Positions 1-9,112 of a stretch of DNA of 64,000 bases are shown here, one piece after another; positions within the stretch are counted from its first letter, which is position 1, and each line of letters opens with the position of its first letter. The notes under the pieces were generated by a model. The model was not told the origin of the DNA, did no database searches, and was given only the letters and a program-made list of their open reading frames with translations. The translations under genes and the position numbers were made by a program. The stretch is taken from assembly GCA_965217775.1 (NCBI GenBank), contig CBDCJH010000002.1, positions 544,001 to 608,000 on the forward strand. Reading direction: 5' to 3'. This stretch comes from Acidobacteriota bacterium (GTDB lineage: Bacteria; Acidobacteriota; UBA6911; RPQK01; JAJDTT01).

Positions 1-507
1 CGTGAGGTAGTCCGTCAACCGTTCCCGGCTAAGGTCGATCAATGCGCTCCCCGAAACAGGAAGTAGTTCGGCGTGAAGCATCCCGCCGACCGCGAACAGA
101 CGCGCTTGGGTTTCACGCGTGGCGCGCCGGGAAGTGCTTCCAACCCGTACATAGATTTCTTCGCGATCGTTATGGCGAACAACGTAGGGCTTGGCCGTGC
201 CCTGAGTGAAGCTGACCACGGCCACTCGTCGTCGGTCATCCACCTGAATCTCCTCGTAGTACGGTAGGATCATCGGATGTACCTTGCGGCCAAATACCGT
301 GTCCATGACCCAGGTTTCGAGATCGGGTCGGCGAATGCCTGTGATGGTTCCGTCGTCTTCTACGCCAAGTAGAATTCGGCCACCTCGGAGGTTGGCCAGC
401 GCAACCACCTCTTTGGCAATCTGCTCCGGACGCAGATCGCCACATTTGAACTCCACTCCGGAGTTTTCGCCGTTGGAAATCAGTTCGAGCAGTTCTGATT
501 TTGTCAT
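1..507 (-). CDS. Schlafen/AlbA_2 domain protein (likely with RecG-C-like ATP-binding domain), truncated by window edge
   Basis: Not in the ORF track. Hand translation from ATG 507: MTKSELLELISNGENSGVEFK...EVVALANLRGGRILLGVEDDG...YVRVGSTSR (AlbA_2 motifs ExK, AxANxxGG, LGVxD). The start abuts the TAA of the upstream gene. Confidence 0.85.
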   Translation of the reverse strand, partial: MTKSELLELISNGENSGVEFKCGDLRPEQIAKEVVALANLRGGRILLGVEDDGTITGIRRPDLETWVMDTVFGRKVHPMILPYYEEIQVDDRRRVAVVSFTQGTAKPYVVRHNDREEIYVRVGSTSRRATRETQARLFAVGGMLHAELLPVSGSALIDLSRERLTDYLT

Positions 508-1770
508 TTACCCGGTGGGCGCGAAAATTGTCAGGACGAGTTCTGTCTCGCCGATCAATCGATACTCAGGAGTTCTTCCGGAAAGCCGTTCGCTGTAGTC
601 CAGGATGATCCGCACGCCCTCTCCCCGCTTGTCCATGAAGGTGACACGATCGGTGCGTAATTCTGGACCGTCGGCCGGGACAGGACACTTGGCGAGCAGA
701 CTCGTTATCACGTCATTCCGGGCCGACTGCAGATGCACGAGGCTCTCTACGGTCATCGTGTTCGGAATGCCGCCCGGCGAGTACAGCTCCAACCGGTCGT
801 CAAAGAGGCGTAGCCGGATCTTGGATCCATGCAGTGAATAGTCCCCGTGCGCGACGGCGTTGACAATGGCCTCGAGGACGGCCGTCATATCGAATTGGGG
901 TTGGTCCCTGCGCCCTTGGTACTTGAAGGCGGCCGTCTTCATGTTTTTCGAGACGAAGTGACACGCGTTCGCGATTTGAACATCCAACGGTCCTGAAATA
1001 TCGGCGGCGTCCAGTTGATATGGATCTCCGAACGCTTCCGGCCGTATCTGGCTCCCCCGGTAGGCAACGGCCTGAATGTAGGCGTTGGGAATCCAACGGC
1101 GCGGATCGTTGGTTGCCATCAGCACGCCGGCAACGGTGGGCCTCAGTGTGCCACGTTCATCAGGACGCGCCATACGCAGTTTCGAAAGCAGACCGTCCCG
1201 AGCGTCCCCGGTTCGAGGCGTCCGGAATCGCTTCCAGAGATCGGGAGACATGTCGTCCAAACTGGCGCCGGGAACGGTCTGCGCCTCGAACCGAATGATT
1301 CCGATCTGGCTGCGACGCTGAAACAGTCGAGCCAGATACTGGGGAGACATCGACCTCTTGGCATCGTCGACTCGATGCAAATACCCGCCGGGACTTTTGT
1401 GTACGAACAAGCTGCGCTGTACATCGATCATGACGACGGCAAGTTCCTCACCCGTGGTCGCCGGCAACCACAGCGGATCTATCACAGGGCTCAACGGTGG
1501 TTCGATCGAGTCCGTGCAGACATCGCGAGCGAAGTGCACCACTGTATCGAGACGGTCAAGGGGAATACCCACAATTTCGCGCAGCCTGTCTTCAACTCCA
1601 AGAAGGCAGACGCCGCCACGGCTGTTGGCGAAAGCCGCCAGTTCGTCGGCCAACTCGTCACGACCCGGTCCCCGGACCCTTCTGCCGGAGAAACGCACTT
1701 CCTTGAGTTCCAGAAACGTGGCCTCGCCCATACGAATCTTGTCCAGCAACTCTTTCCGGCTGTCAAACAT
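508..1770 (-). CDS. Schlafen/AlbA_2 + ATP-binding (HATPase_c_4/RecG-C-like) protein
   Basis: LELKE...LAAFANSRGGVCLLGVED at the N-terminus; EAIVNAVAHGDYS...DRLELYSPGG...RNDVI...MDKRGEGV at the C-terminus. ATG 1770 preferred over the track start 1809. Confidence 0.85.
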   Translation of the reverse strand: MFDSRKELLDKIRMGEATFLELKEVRFSGRRVRGPGRDELADELAAFANSRGGVCLLGVEDRLREIVGIPLDRLDTVVHFARDVCTDSIEPPLSPVIDPLWLPATTGEELAVVMIDVQRSLFVHKSPGGYLHRVDDAKRSMSPQYLARLFQRRSQIGIIRFEAQTVPGASLDDMSPDLWKRFRTPRTGDARDGLLSKLRMARPDERGTLRPTVAGVLMATNDPRRWIPNAYIQAVAYRGSQIRPEAFGDPYQLDAADISGPLDVQIANACHFVSKNMKTAAFKYQGRRDQPQFDMTAVLEAIVNAVAHGDYSLHGSKIRLRLFDDRLELYSPGGIPNTMTVESLVHLQSARNDVITSLLAKCPVPADGPELRTDRVTFMDKRGEGVRIILDYSERLSGRTPEYRLIGETELVLTIFAPTG

Positions 1771-1963
1771 GTGAGGGCTCCGGTCCCAGCCGCCGGTAGC
1801 GGCGCTCAAACGCCTCGCGTCCGCCTTCGATCACTCGGCAGACTTCCTCTCGCATGGATTCCTTCTGCTATGTGTCTCGTGACGCCGGTGTATGGGTGTG
1901 AAAGTCAAACTTCCACCACCGGGCTCCCGGGCATCGCCAATGTTGCCTTTGATCGGGTGTCAT
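1763..1963 (-). pseudogene. Collapsed remnant of a TrlF/Ppl-like PHP-domain + SMC-like ATPase gene (N- and C-termini only)
   Basis: MTPDQRQHWRCPGARWWKFDFHTHTPASRDT*(TAG 1870-1868), followed in frame by QKESMREEVCRVIEGGREAFERRYRRLGPEPSHV*. Both halves match the recognised termini of this family. Confidence 0.75.
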
Positions 1964-2002
1964 GATTGTGCCTCGACTCGTTTGCGCTCCGAATGTTCCT
2001 TG

Positions 2003-3376
2003 TCAGTTGTCAGACGAATGTCGTTGACTCGTTTCCCGTAAATTCGCCTTCGTTCCAGAACGACGGAAACCGAATGTTGTCGGCAGCAGGGGATTTTTCA
2101 AGATCCGTGATTTGTCGAGTACTCGGACAGTCTCCTGGACTTTTGCCATGGACTGTCGGAGCCGAAAAGTCACCCGTGTGAATCGACCTTTTTCGTCGCT
2201 GACCAGTTCCGGGTCGGTGCCGTTGAATTCCAGCATACGCTGTCGCATCATCAGCCATCCTCGACCGCGCCGATCCATCAATTGCCTCACGACCATCGCG
2301 TTCGCCATCAGCTCGTTGCGCGAACGCGGGACGCCTCCGGACCGCGCCTGCTCGACTGTCACGTGATTCGGGAGGGTTCCGGGACTCGTCACGACGATAC
2401 GGTCGCTGAAGACCTCCAGCAGCACCTGCGATCCGGTCAACGCGTAGTCACGATGAATGACGGCGTTCACAAGGGCTTCGCGGAGGACTTCTTCCGGGAT
2501 GAAGGGCGTAATTTGGCGATACAGTCCTCGGTAAGCCTGCCTTCTTCCCAGGCTGCGAAACCATCCCATGGAACGGTCCACCTGTTCGTCGAGGCGGCCC
2601 TTTCCCTCGCCCGTGCTCAGCACGTCAGACACCTGGCCGACGCTGGCGTATGCGACACATTGAATGAACAGATTCGTGGTGTGCGGATGTCCTTGGGGAT
2701 CTCTCCCGAAGACCATCACACCGTAGAGCGTCGGGTGGAGCACTCGGTCCAACCAGTCGCAGGCCCAGGCGTTTCGCAAGTCGTTTTCGATGTCCGGTTG
2801 TGGCTCCCTCACCATTCGCATGCCCTGCGCTCGCATGAACGAGCGAAAGGTCTCTACGTCGATCTCATTCACTGAGCCGGACGGGATGATCTGTCGCTCC
2901 GACAGAACGAAGCCGAAAATATTGAGCAGTTCCGGCAACTCCGATGAAGACGCTGCCACGGTGTTCCGTGCCCGTCGAATCCAGAAGCGCCCGTCGTAGC
3001 TGAATGGATCGTACTTTTGCTGATGGCGCCGAACTTCGATCCAATGCACCCATCCGTGGGCCGTGTAGTGACGGCTGCACTCGGCGGTGATCGGTTTTCC
3101 AAAGCCGGTGTGCAGGAAGCTCGTCAATCGTTGCTGCACGGTGTCTGGATCTTTTTTCACCCCGACGATCACCCCGGGGCCGTCAACGCCCACGACGACA
3201 AGTCCACCATCTCCATTCGCGAAGGCACATAGCGTCCTGCCGAGGCCGCCGAAGTCTCCCAGGCCGCGCTTAAATTCCGTTCGCGCGTCCTGCCCGCCTT
3301 CCATGCGCCGCAGTACATCCGGCCAGTCCATACCCCTGTGACCTGTTCCGCATCCCGGCGCTTCTTCACTCCTCAT
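2003..3376 (-). CDS. Schlafen/AlbA_2 + ATP-binding protein with an aberrant C-terminal tail
   Basis: TEFKR...LCAFANGDGGLVVVGVD; REALVNAVIHRDY...VTSPGTLP...RSRNE...RGRG. Start is 3376 (ATGA overlap) or 3331 (MDWPDVL). Confidence 0.85.
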   Translation of the reverse strand: MRSEEAPGCGTGHRGMDWPDVLRRMEGGQDARTEFKRGLGDFGGLGRTLCAFANGDGGLVVVGVDGPGVIVGVKKDPDTVQQRLTSFLHTGFGKPITAECSRHYTAHGWVHWIEVRRHQQKYDPFSYDGRFWIRRARNTVAASSSELPELLNIFGFVLSERQIIPSGSVNEIDVETFRSFMRAQGMRMVREPQPDIENDLRNAWACDWLDRVLHPTLYGVMVFGRDPQGHPHTTNLFIQCVAYASVGQVSDVLSTGEGKGRLDEQVDRSMGWFRSLGRRQAYRGLYRQITPFIPEEVLREALVNAVIHRDYALTGSQVLLEVFSDRIVVTSPGTLPNHVTVEQARSGGVPRSRNELMANAMVVRQLMDRRGRGWLMMRQRMLEFNGTDPELVSDEKGRFTRVTFRLRQSMAKVQETVRVLDKSRILKNPLLPTTFGFRRSGTKANLRETSQRHSSDN

Positions 3377-3600
3377 CGCGCTTGCGTTGTCGCTTCTGCC
3401 GCAAGTTGTCGGGTCTGGTCATCGAGAGTGCGGACCGCCGTCTGGATGGCGACCACCTCTCGTTCCTCGAAATAAGATTCTCCGCACTGGTCGCAGACCC
3501 ACGCGGGGACGCTGTCGAGCGCCAAATGGTAACTGTTCCGAATGACGTGGAAGGGAGCCGTCGAGCGTTGCATTTCTCCGCGGCAGTGGATGCAGTTCAT
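3373..3600 (-). CDS. YgiT-type zinc-finger protein (MqsA-like antitoxin)
   Basis: MNCIHCRGEM...VPAWVCDQCGESYF, two CxxC pairs, 75 aa. Confidence 0.85.
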   Translation of the reverse strand: MNCIHCRGEMQRSTAPFHVIRNSYHLALDSVPAWVCDQCGESYFEEREVVAIQTAVRTLDDQTRQLAAEATTQAR

Positions 3601-3610
3601 GACGTTGTCC

Positions 3611-3841
3611 TCATATCTCAGGTCTCTCTCCCATTCTTTCTGCTAAAGAGGATACGCGGTGACGATGGCGAGAAAGTCTTCCTTGGACGAGCAGACCACG
3701 GGGATGTTCTGGCCCTTGTTTCCTCGTCCATGACGCAGGCACCTGTGGCCGCGTACATCCTCCGGATAATCCTCGATGATGGTACGCGCCTCGGGAGAGG
3801 AAATCTCGAAGATCGACCTCCGTGAACAACGGCGTCCTCAC
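3611..3841 (-). pseudogene. Degenerate DUF4258-family (RelE-like) toxin
   Basis: The first frame gives TEVDLRDFLSRG. After a frameshift near 3785 it reads IIEDYPEDVRGHRCL...VVCSSKEDFLAIVTAYPL* (premature TAG 3645-3643) QKEW. It lies directly upstream of the YgiT gene, as in DUF4258/YgiT pairs. Confidence 0.7.
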
Positions 3842-6800
3842 GAAATCGCCGCCTCGGCCGCCCTTCGCGACCGCGCGGCCGTCTTGGCGGCGTTCGTGTA
3901 GTGCAGGTCATTCCAGCGGTTGCCGTCGAAGTCGGAGCGGCCTCTAAAGTCGACTCGGTCGGAGCGTGTGCTGTTACCGGGAAAGTTCCAGAACCAGGGG
4001 AACGATCCCATCTCTCGGAAGGCTTCCTTTCCGCGATCCTTTCTCCAGTGGATAGTCGGCTTGGTGCGAAGAATGCCGGCACCCTTCCTACCGCCGGGGA
4101 TGTCTTCGGCCATGAACGGACGAATGTTGAGCCGCACGCCGTCGTTGATGTCCGGCTCCCAGCCGATGGGCTGTTGGTCGATGGATTTCCAGCGGACAAA
4201 GACGTCGAAGGGCGGCTCCCCGTCTAGAATGGCAACGAGCCGGTCTTGCAGTTCTTGTGCCGCGACCAGCCGGCCTTCCGCGCCGCTTTCGCCGCGTTTC
4301 ACGCTGTCCTGCTGCCGGTTGATCCAGTCGCCGAGGTAGCTGTAGGTGAGGGACTCCAGGCACCGTCGGCCCTTCCCGCCACCCTCGGCCAGCTTGTGGT
4401 AGTTGACCAGTGCATGGAAGCCGTCACGTCGGCGGCCGTCCCAGACGTGCCAAATGAAGGGGCGCTGGCGGAACAGCTTGCAATGCTGGTCGAAGAAAAG
4501 GTCGCGGAGCCACTCATTAAGGTTAGGACTGCTTGCTCCGGAAAGCAGTTTGCCGAGCACAGCGTCGTTCCATGAATCTCCGTAGGAGGTTGACAGCAAT
4601 CGGAGCAGCCGTTCCCAGGCCGGTGTCTCGCCTCGCACCGATGGGATGCAGACGATGCCATCCTTGTCCGCACAGGCAGCCAAAGCATCGCAGCGCCGGA
4701 CCCATTCGCGTTGCTCGGCGGCCAACTCCATATCGGCATCCTGCTCAGCGGGCCAGCGGTAGCCCAGCAGCCGCGCGACGGCGATCTGCAACGCTGTGAA
4801 GTCTGAGCGAATCGGACCCTGCGCGGTTCGCTCCCCCGCCTCGTCCCAGACCACCGATCCGCAGGGGTGGCCGTGGAAGATCCACTGGGTGGGATCATCG
4901 GAGTAGGGACGGGGGAGGCCGTTGGGGTATCTTTCTCGCGCGACTCTGGTCCAGCGGTCAAGGTCGAAGGGGACCTTGACCAGCGTGGCGTTCGTGACGT
5001 TGAGTTTTTGGTCGATTCGCCGCACTGCCTGGTTGTACTCGGGGGAAGAACAGAAGCACCATATGGCGGGAAGACAGTCGAGGGTTTTCACCGACAACGC
5101 GGACACGTTGCTATCAAATTTATGCCCTTGAAAAAGAGCAACGGGGAGTCCCCCCATTTGGCTGACGGCGACGCCGGAATGCCCCCATCCACCCACCCCT
5201 TGAAGCCTTGCCATGTTGCGCCCCTTGTATTCCCAATCCAATACCCCCTGCATTCCTCCATAGTTCGTCGTGTCATTCACCGTGGTTTGGACCCATACCC
5301 ACCGATTCGATATCGGCTGTTCCCAGAAACAACGCCTCTTAGCCGCGTCGTCCCCGGTCTTTATGCCTTGATATGAAGCCGAATAACCAGCCAACAACTC
5401 TCCAGCAATTTCTTCTAGCACCACTCTCGAATCTGGATTCTGTAACTGGCGTACCTGCGCGACGCCTTTGATTTCCGCGTCCAGCAATTGGACGGCTTTC
5501 TCGCCGGCGGTGCGGGATTCGGAAACATCCAGGCCGTACATAATTCCGGGCGCCTTTGTTTCGCCTGACAACCCGAGCGGGCCTCCGGACGGATGGCCGC
5601 GGGTCAGGGTGAGCAGAATCGCCTTGACGACCTCACCGCTGATGGTTTCGAAGGCACCCGGACCTAGCCGAGCGAGCAAGTGCCAAGTCTCTGTCTTCAA
5701 CAGCTTTTCCCTCAATTTTCGGTAACTGGTCAAAAACAGCCAGTTTTGCGGGAGGACGAGGCTGGCAGTTCCGCCTTCCGTGCACAGCTCCAGGCAGCGC
5801 TCGAGGAACACCGTGGCCAGATCGTTTTTGGAGGCGGGGTAGTGTTGCGCGCAGAAGGTACGCAGCGTTTCGTCCTGCTTGCCGCGAGTGAGATAGGGAA
5901 CATTGGTGATCACCCAGTGGTAACGACCCGCCAGCAATTCCGCTGCGCGCGCCATCCCCTGCGTAGCCACGGCGCGCTCGGTCTGCTCCTCGGTCGTTCG
6001 CTCTTGTTCCAGCGTGGCTGCCAACAGGCCCCGAACCAACTCGAAATCACTCTGGAAGAGATTGGCCTTCAGAGCATGCGGCCCGATAAGGGAACCTAAT
6101 TCTGGGGCCTCCGAGAAAAGATCATAGAGCGCGGCCAAGCTGTTACGGAGCGGGGCGGAGAGCAGCGAATCCCGCACGGCGAACAGGTTCCGCTCCGTCG
6201 GCATCCCGCCGGCGGCCGCGGCCGGCTCCGCCAACGCGAGCAACTGTTCCTTCGTCGCGTTGGGTGCCAGACCCGAGCAGGCGAGGTTGAGCTCCGGCAG
6301 TGGGCGATACCCTCCGGCGCCGGGATACGTCCAGGCGGTGAGGGCGAGTGCGAACGCAGCCAGTTCGACGCAACGCGGGTCCAACTCCAGGCCGTGCAGG
6401 TTTTCCCCCAATACGGCATCTACAGCGGCGCGAGCCGTGAGGTGCTCCCGCGCCATGCGCATGGGAACCAGCATCGAGAAGGCGGCGACCAGGAAGTGCC
6501 CTGAACCGCAACAGGGGTCCAGGATCTTCAGTTCCTCAAGATGCTCCGGCCAGCCGTCGAAGTTGCCGGGGGCGAAGCGCCACCTCGTCGTTCCTGTGGT
6601 GTCTTCGTGTCGCACTAGGCGCAGGTGATCGAGTGGCGCCCCGGGAACCGCAGCTTTTCGGCGCAATTCGGCTTCGGATCCGGCTTCCTCCAGGTCGGCA
6701 TCGTTGAGACGGCGGGCCGCCCACCAGGCCCCGAGGCCATTGTCGAGCAGGAAGCTCACCATGTAGGGCTCGGTGAACAGTTGGGTCACGGCAGGCAGTT

Positions 6801-7416
6801 CGTCCGCCCCGATCTTGACCTCGGAGCGGTTCACTTCTTTCTTCTTCTCGGACTGCCAGAACTGGTAGACCCAGCCGAGAGAATCCGTCGCCGCAAACAC
6901 CTCGGCCGGCAGCGACTCGACCAGCCGCTCCAATGTTTGTCGCGTCTCCGGCGCAAGGCTGACCTCAAGCGCCGGGGCGTCGGTTCGAAAGATCCGAGGC
7001 AGCATCAGTTGGGCAAAGCTCCCGGCCAGGGTCCACCGATCCTGTGCCCGCTCGCGTGCCAACTCCTCGCACTCATCCAGCGAAATGGCAACGCCCGAAT
7101 CCGGCTCGATCAGAAGCTGGTTCTCCGCCAGGAAGCGCGCGAACAACATCCGGTGCCAGTGCTCATAAGCGCATTCATGCGCCAAGCGGTCGATGGTCTG
7201 GGTTCCACTCCCACCGCGCCGGTCGCCAAGCTGCCGGCCATGAGCCCGTAGCCGCCGGCGCAGGCTGCGCCGCTCCGAGCTCATGTGCGGGTAAGGTTCG
7301 CGGCGATGTAAAGCAAGTCCTTCCAGAGCGCCAAGGGCTCCGGTCTCCGCGATCTTGCGGGCTTGGATGACTATCCGTTCAAGGTCTCTGCGGATCTCTC
7401 GCGACAATGTATTCAT
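3838..7416 (-). CDS. pglX: BREX-1 adenine DNA methyltransferase PglX (BrxX)
   Basis: LGWVYQFW, IGADELPAVTQLFTEPYMV, SAM motif ILDPCCGSGHFL, catalytic TNVPY, C-terminal DINDGVRLNIRPF; lies downstream of brxC. Confidence 0.9.
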   Translation of the reverse strand: MNTLSREIRRDLERIVIQARKIAETGALGALEGLALHRREPYPHMSSERRSLRRRLRAHGRQLGDRRGGSGTQTIDRLAHECAYEHWHRMLFARFLAENQLLIEPDSGVAISLDECEELARERAQDRWTLAGSFAQLMLPRIFRTDAPALEVSLAPETRQTLERLVESLPAEVFAATDSLGWVYQFWQSEKKKEVNRSEVKIGADELPAVTQLFTEPYMVSFLLDNGLGAWWAARRLNDADLEEAGSEAELRRKAAVPGAPLDHLRLVRHEDTTGTTRWRFAPGNFDGWPEHLEELKILDPCCGSGHFLVAAFSMLVPMRMAREHLTARAAVDAVLGENLHGLELDPRCVELAAFALALTAWTYPGAGGYRPLPELNLACSGLAPNATKEQLLALAEPAAAAGGMPTERNLFAVRDSLLSAPLRNSLAALYDLFSEAPELGSLIGPHALKANLFQSDFELVRGLLAATLEQERTTEEQTERAVATQGMARAAELLAGRYHWVITNVPYLTRGKQDETLRTFCAQHYPASKNDLATVFLERCLELCTEGGTASLVLPQNWLFLTSYRKLREKLLKTETWHLLARLGPGAFETISGEVVKAILLTLTRGHPSGGPLGLSGETKAPGIMYGLDVSESRTAGEKAVQLLDAEIKGVAQVRQLQNPDSRVVLEEIAGELLAGYSASYQGIKTGDDAAKRRCFWEQPISNRWVWVQTTVNDTTNYGGMQGVLDWEYKGRNMARLQGVGGWGHSGVAVSQMGGLPVALFQGHKFDSNVSALSVKTLDCLPAIWCFCSSPEYNQAVRRIDQKLNVTNATLVKVPFDLDRWTRVARERYPNGLPRPYSDDPTQWIFHGHPCGSVVWDEAGERTAQGPIRSDFTALQIAVARLLGYRWPAEQDADMELAAEQREWVRRCDALAACADKDGIVCIPSVRGETPAWERLLRLLSTSYGDSWNDAVLGKLLSGASSPNLNEWLRDLFFDQHCKLFRQRPFIWHVWDGRRRDGFHALVNYHKLAEGGGKGRRCLESLTYSYLGDWINRQQDSVKRGESGAEGRLVAAQELQDRLVAILDGEPPFDVFVRWKSIDQQPIGWEPDINDGVRLNIRPFMAEDIPGGRKGAGILRTKPTIHWRKDRGKEAFREMGSFPWFWNFPGNSTRSDRVDFRGRSDFDGNRWNDLHYTNAAKTAARSRRAAEAAIS

Positions 7417-8621
7417 GAATAAGGATCGCCGATCGGAAAGGACTGTGCAGGTTCGCTCTTGGCATCAGCATCATCGTTGGAGATACTCCTCAGATATCTA
7501 CATAATTTTTCGACGGGGAGCGTTGAAAAAAATCTTGCTACGCTTTCCGTGCGAATGTCGGGCTTTACTTGTTCAATCTGATGCGTTCCCAACGCATTCA
7601 ATACACGATCCAAGTGATGTTCCGACAGGGATGCAACTTCGTCGAAAATGGCACCCCCGAAAAAATCATGCACTGAATCTCGTTTTTCTTCTAGTGACAA
7701 CCGGCCAATTTTCTCACGAAGCCTTCCCTTCAGCACAACTTGTACCATCGCACGAAGATCGGCCGTATCGAAATCTTCCAATAGTGAAGTCAATGCATAA
7801 ATTTTATTGTAATCGGGCGGTGTCTGATTCAATTCCTCGAAGGTTACAAATTCGGGCCAACGAGGCGATTTTTCCATATACTCTCGCAGCACAACAAGAG
7901 AAGCAGCCAGGTTAGAGATCTTCAAATCCCCGCCAAACTCTTCGCAGAAGTTGACGAATAAAATAGTTCCATAAAATCGACTGAATTCCTTGTAATATGT
8001 AGAAAAATTGGTCGTCGAAAAACGAAACGACGGATCGCTGGTTTTGATGTTGCCCCAGCCCATGCGCATGAATAAATGAGGGCTGAAGTGGACAAATCTG
8101 GATGTTGCACAATAGAGATAGTCGTAGAGTGATCGCAATGAGCAAGCATCGGCCATGTCAATAATTCTGGGGAATTTTCTGTTCCATCCGTATTTTGAAC
8201 GATAATTCTTCAATAATTGATTGCTTGTTTTTAGAATGGACTCATACTTGCCCACGTAGGAAAAAACTGGTTGCCGAGGACGATTTTCATTGAAGAACAC
8301 TTCTTGCTTTTTGACACCTTCTGCCATTTGATTAACGGCCCAAGCGTGAAATATTTGCTGAGTATCTTGCCGGTCGATTTTTTCGTTGAAATACTTCAGT
8401 ACGACGAAGTCCTCGCAGATTCCTCGTAGTCCGGACACGTTGAAAAATGCAGACTTATCATAGGCATTATCAAATGATATCAAATTAAATTCTACACACT
8501 TGGTAAGTGCGGCGCGTATAAAAATTTGCAACCACGAATCTCTTGTTGGGCTACCGACTGATGCATCTTGTATTACTACTGCTATCTCACGATAACATCC
8601 GAGGATATCTTCTTTTTGCAT
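7413..8621 (-). CDS. DUF5677-like (HEPN-like) protein, low GC
   Basis: LRGICED and MADAC..LYDYLYCATSRFVHFSP motifs; AT-rich; ATGA overlap with the pglX start. Confidence 0.6.
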   Translation of the reverse strand: MQKEDILGCYREIAVVIQDASVGSPTRDSWLQIFIRAALTKCVEFNLISFDNAYDKSAFFNVSGLRGICEDFVVLKYFNEKIDRQDTQQIFHAWAVNQMAEGVKKQEVFFNENRPRQPVFSYVGKYESILKTSNQLLKNYRSKYGWNRKFPRIIDMADACSLRSLYDYLYCATSRFVHFSPHLFMRMGWGNIKTSDPSFRFSTTNFSTYYKEFSRFYGTILFVNFCEEFGGDLKISNLAASLVVLREYMEKSPRWPEFVTFEELNQTPPDYNKIYALTSLLEDFDTADLRAMVQVVLKGRLREKIGRLSLEEKRDSVHDFFGGAIFDEVASLSEHHLDRVLNALGTHQIEQVKPDIRTESVARFFSTLPVEKLCRYLRSISNDDADAKSEPAQSFPIGDPYS

Positions 8622-8822
8622 ATCTTAGCCTCGGCCACGAGGATCTGAGTGTTTTCGGCTACGAATCTGACCCGGGTCTTGGAGTACGGGTCACGGATGG
8701 AAGTCGATACGGCCGCACTCGCGAGCGGCTGGGCGCGTCAACGGATGGCTCATTAATAGGTGAACAGTTTCCGCTGTTTTGTGATTCATTGATTTGTCTG
8801 ATGGTGTTCCGCGCCCTTACAT

Positions 8823-9074
8823 TCACGTTGGATACTTGTTGCTCTTCTTGCGGTTTTCCTTCCAATGCAGCGGCTGGATGTTCTGAGGGTTGTCTGAGCC
8901 TCCACTCGATTTCGGTTTCTTATGATCCAACTCCCAACCGAATTTTCCAACTGTGCCATATGACCCTATTCGAATCGTGTCCCCTTTGGAATCCTTGCGC
9001 CAAGCGTCAGGATTCCGACGACGAATTCGTTTTCCCTTCTCCCAGGCGGCGTCTACATTCTTCTTACTCTGCAA
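8823..9074 (-). CDS. Small HNH endonuclease
   Basis: WEKG...WRKD..G...GWELDHKKPKSSGGSDNPQNIQPLHWKENRKK; AAGGAG SD upstream of a TTG start. Confidence 0.8.
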   Translation of the reverse strand: MQSKKNVDAAWEKGKRIRRRNPDAWRKDSKGDTIRIGSYGTVGKFGWELDHKKPKSSGGSDNPQNIQPLHWKENRKKSNKYPT

Positions 9075-9112
9075 TCTGAACTCCTTAATTTGTTAGATTG
9101 CAAGCTTGAGTG

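Noticed and set aside
8659-8865. 68-aa ORF between the HNH and DUF5677-like genes
   Set aside because: Overlaps the HNH gene in another frame, with no recognisable motif or SD.
9070-9102. Integron attC site (GTTAGAT/ATCTAAC boxes) beside the AT-rich cassette-like genes
   Set aside because: Far too short, no L boxes, no repeated sites and no integron integrase.
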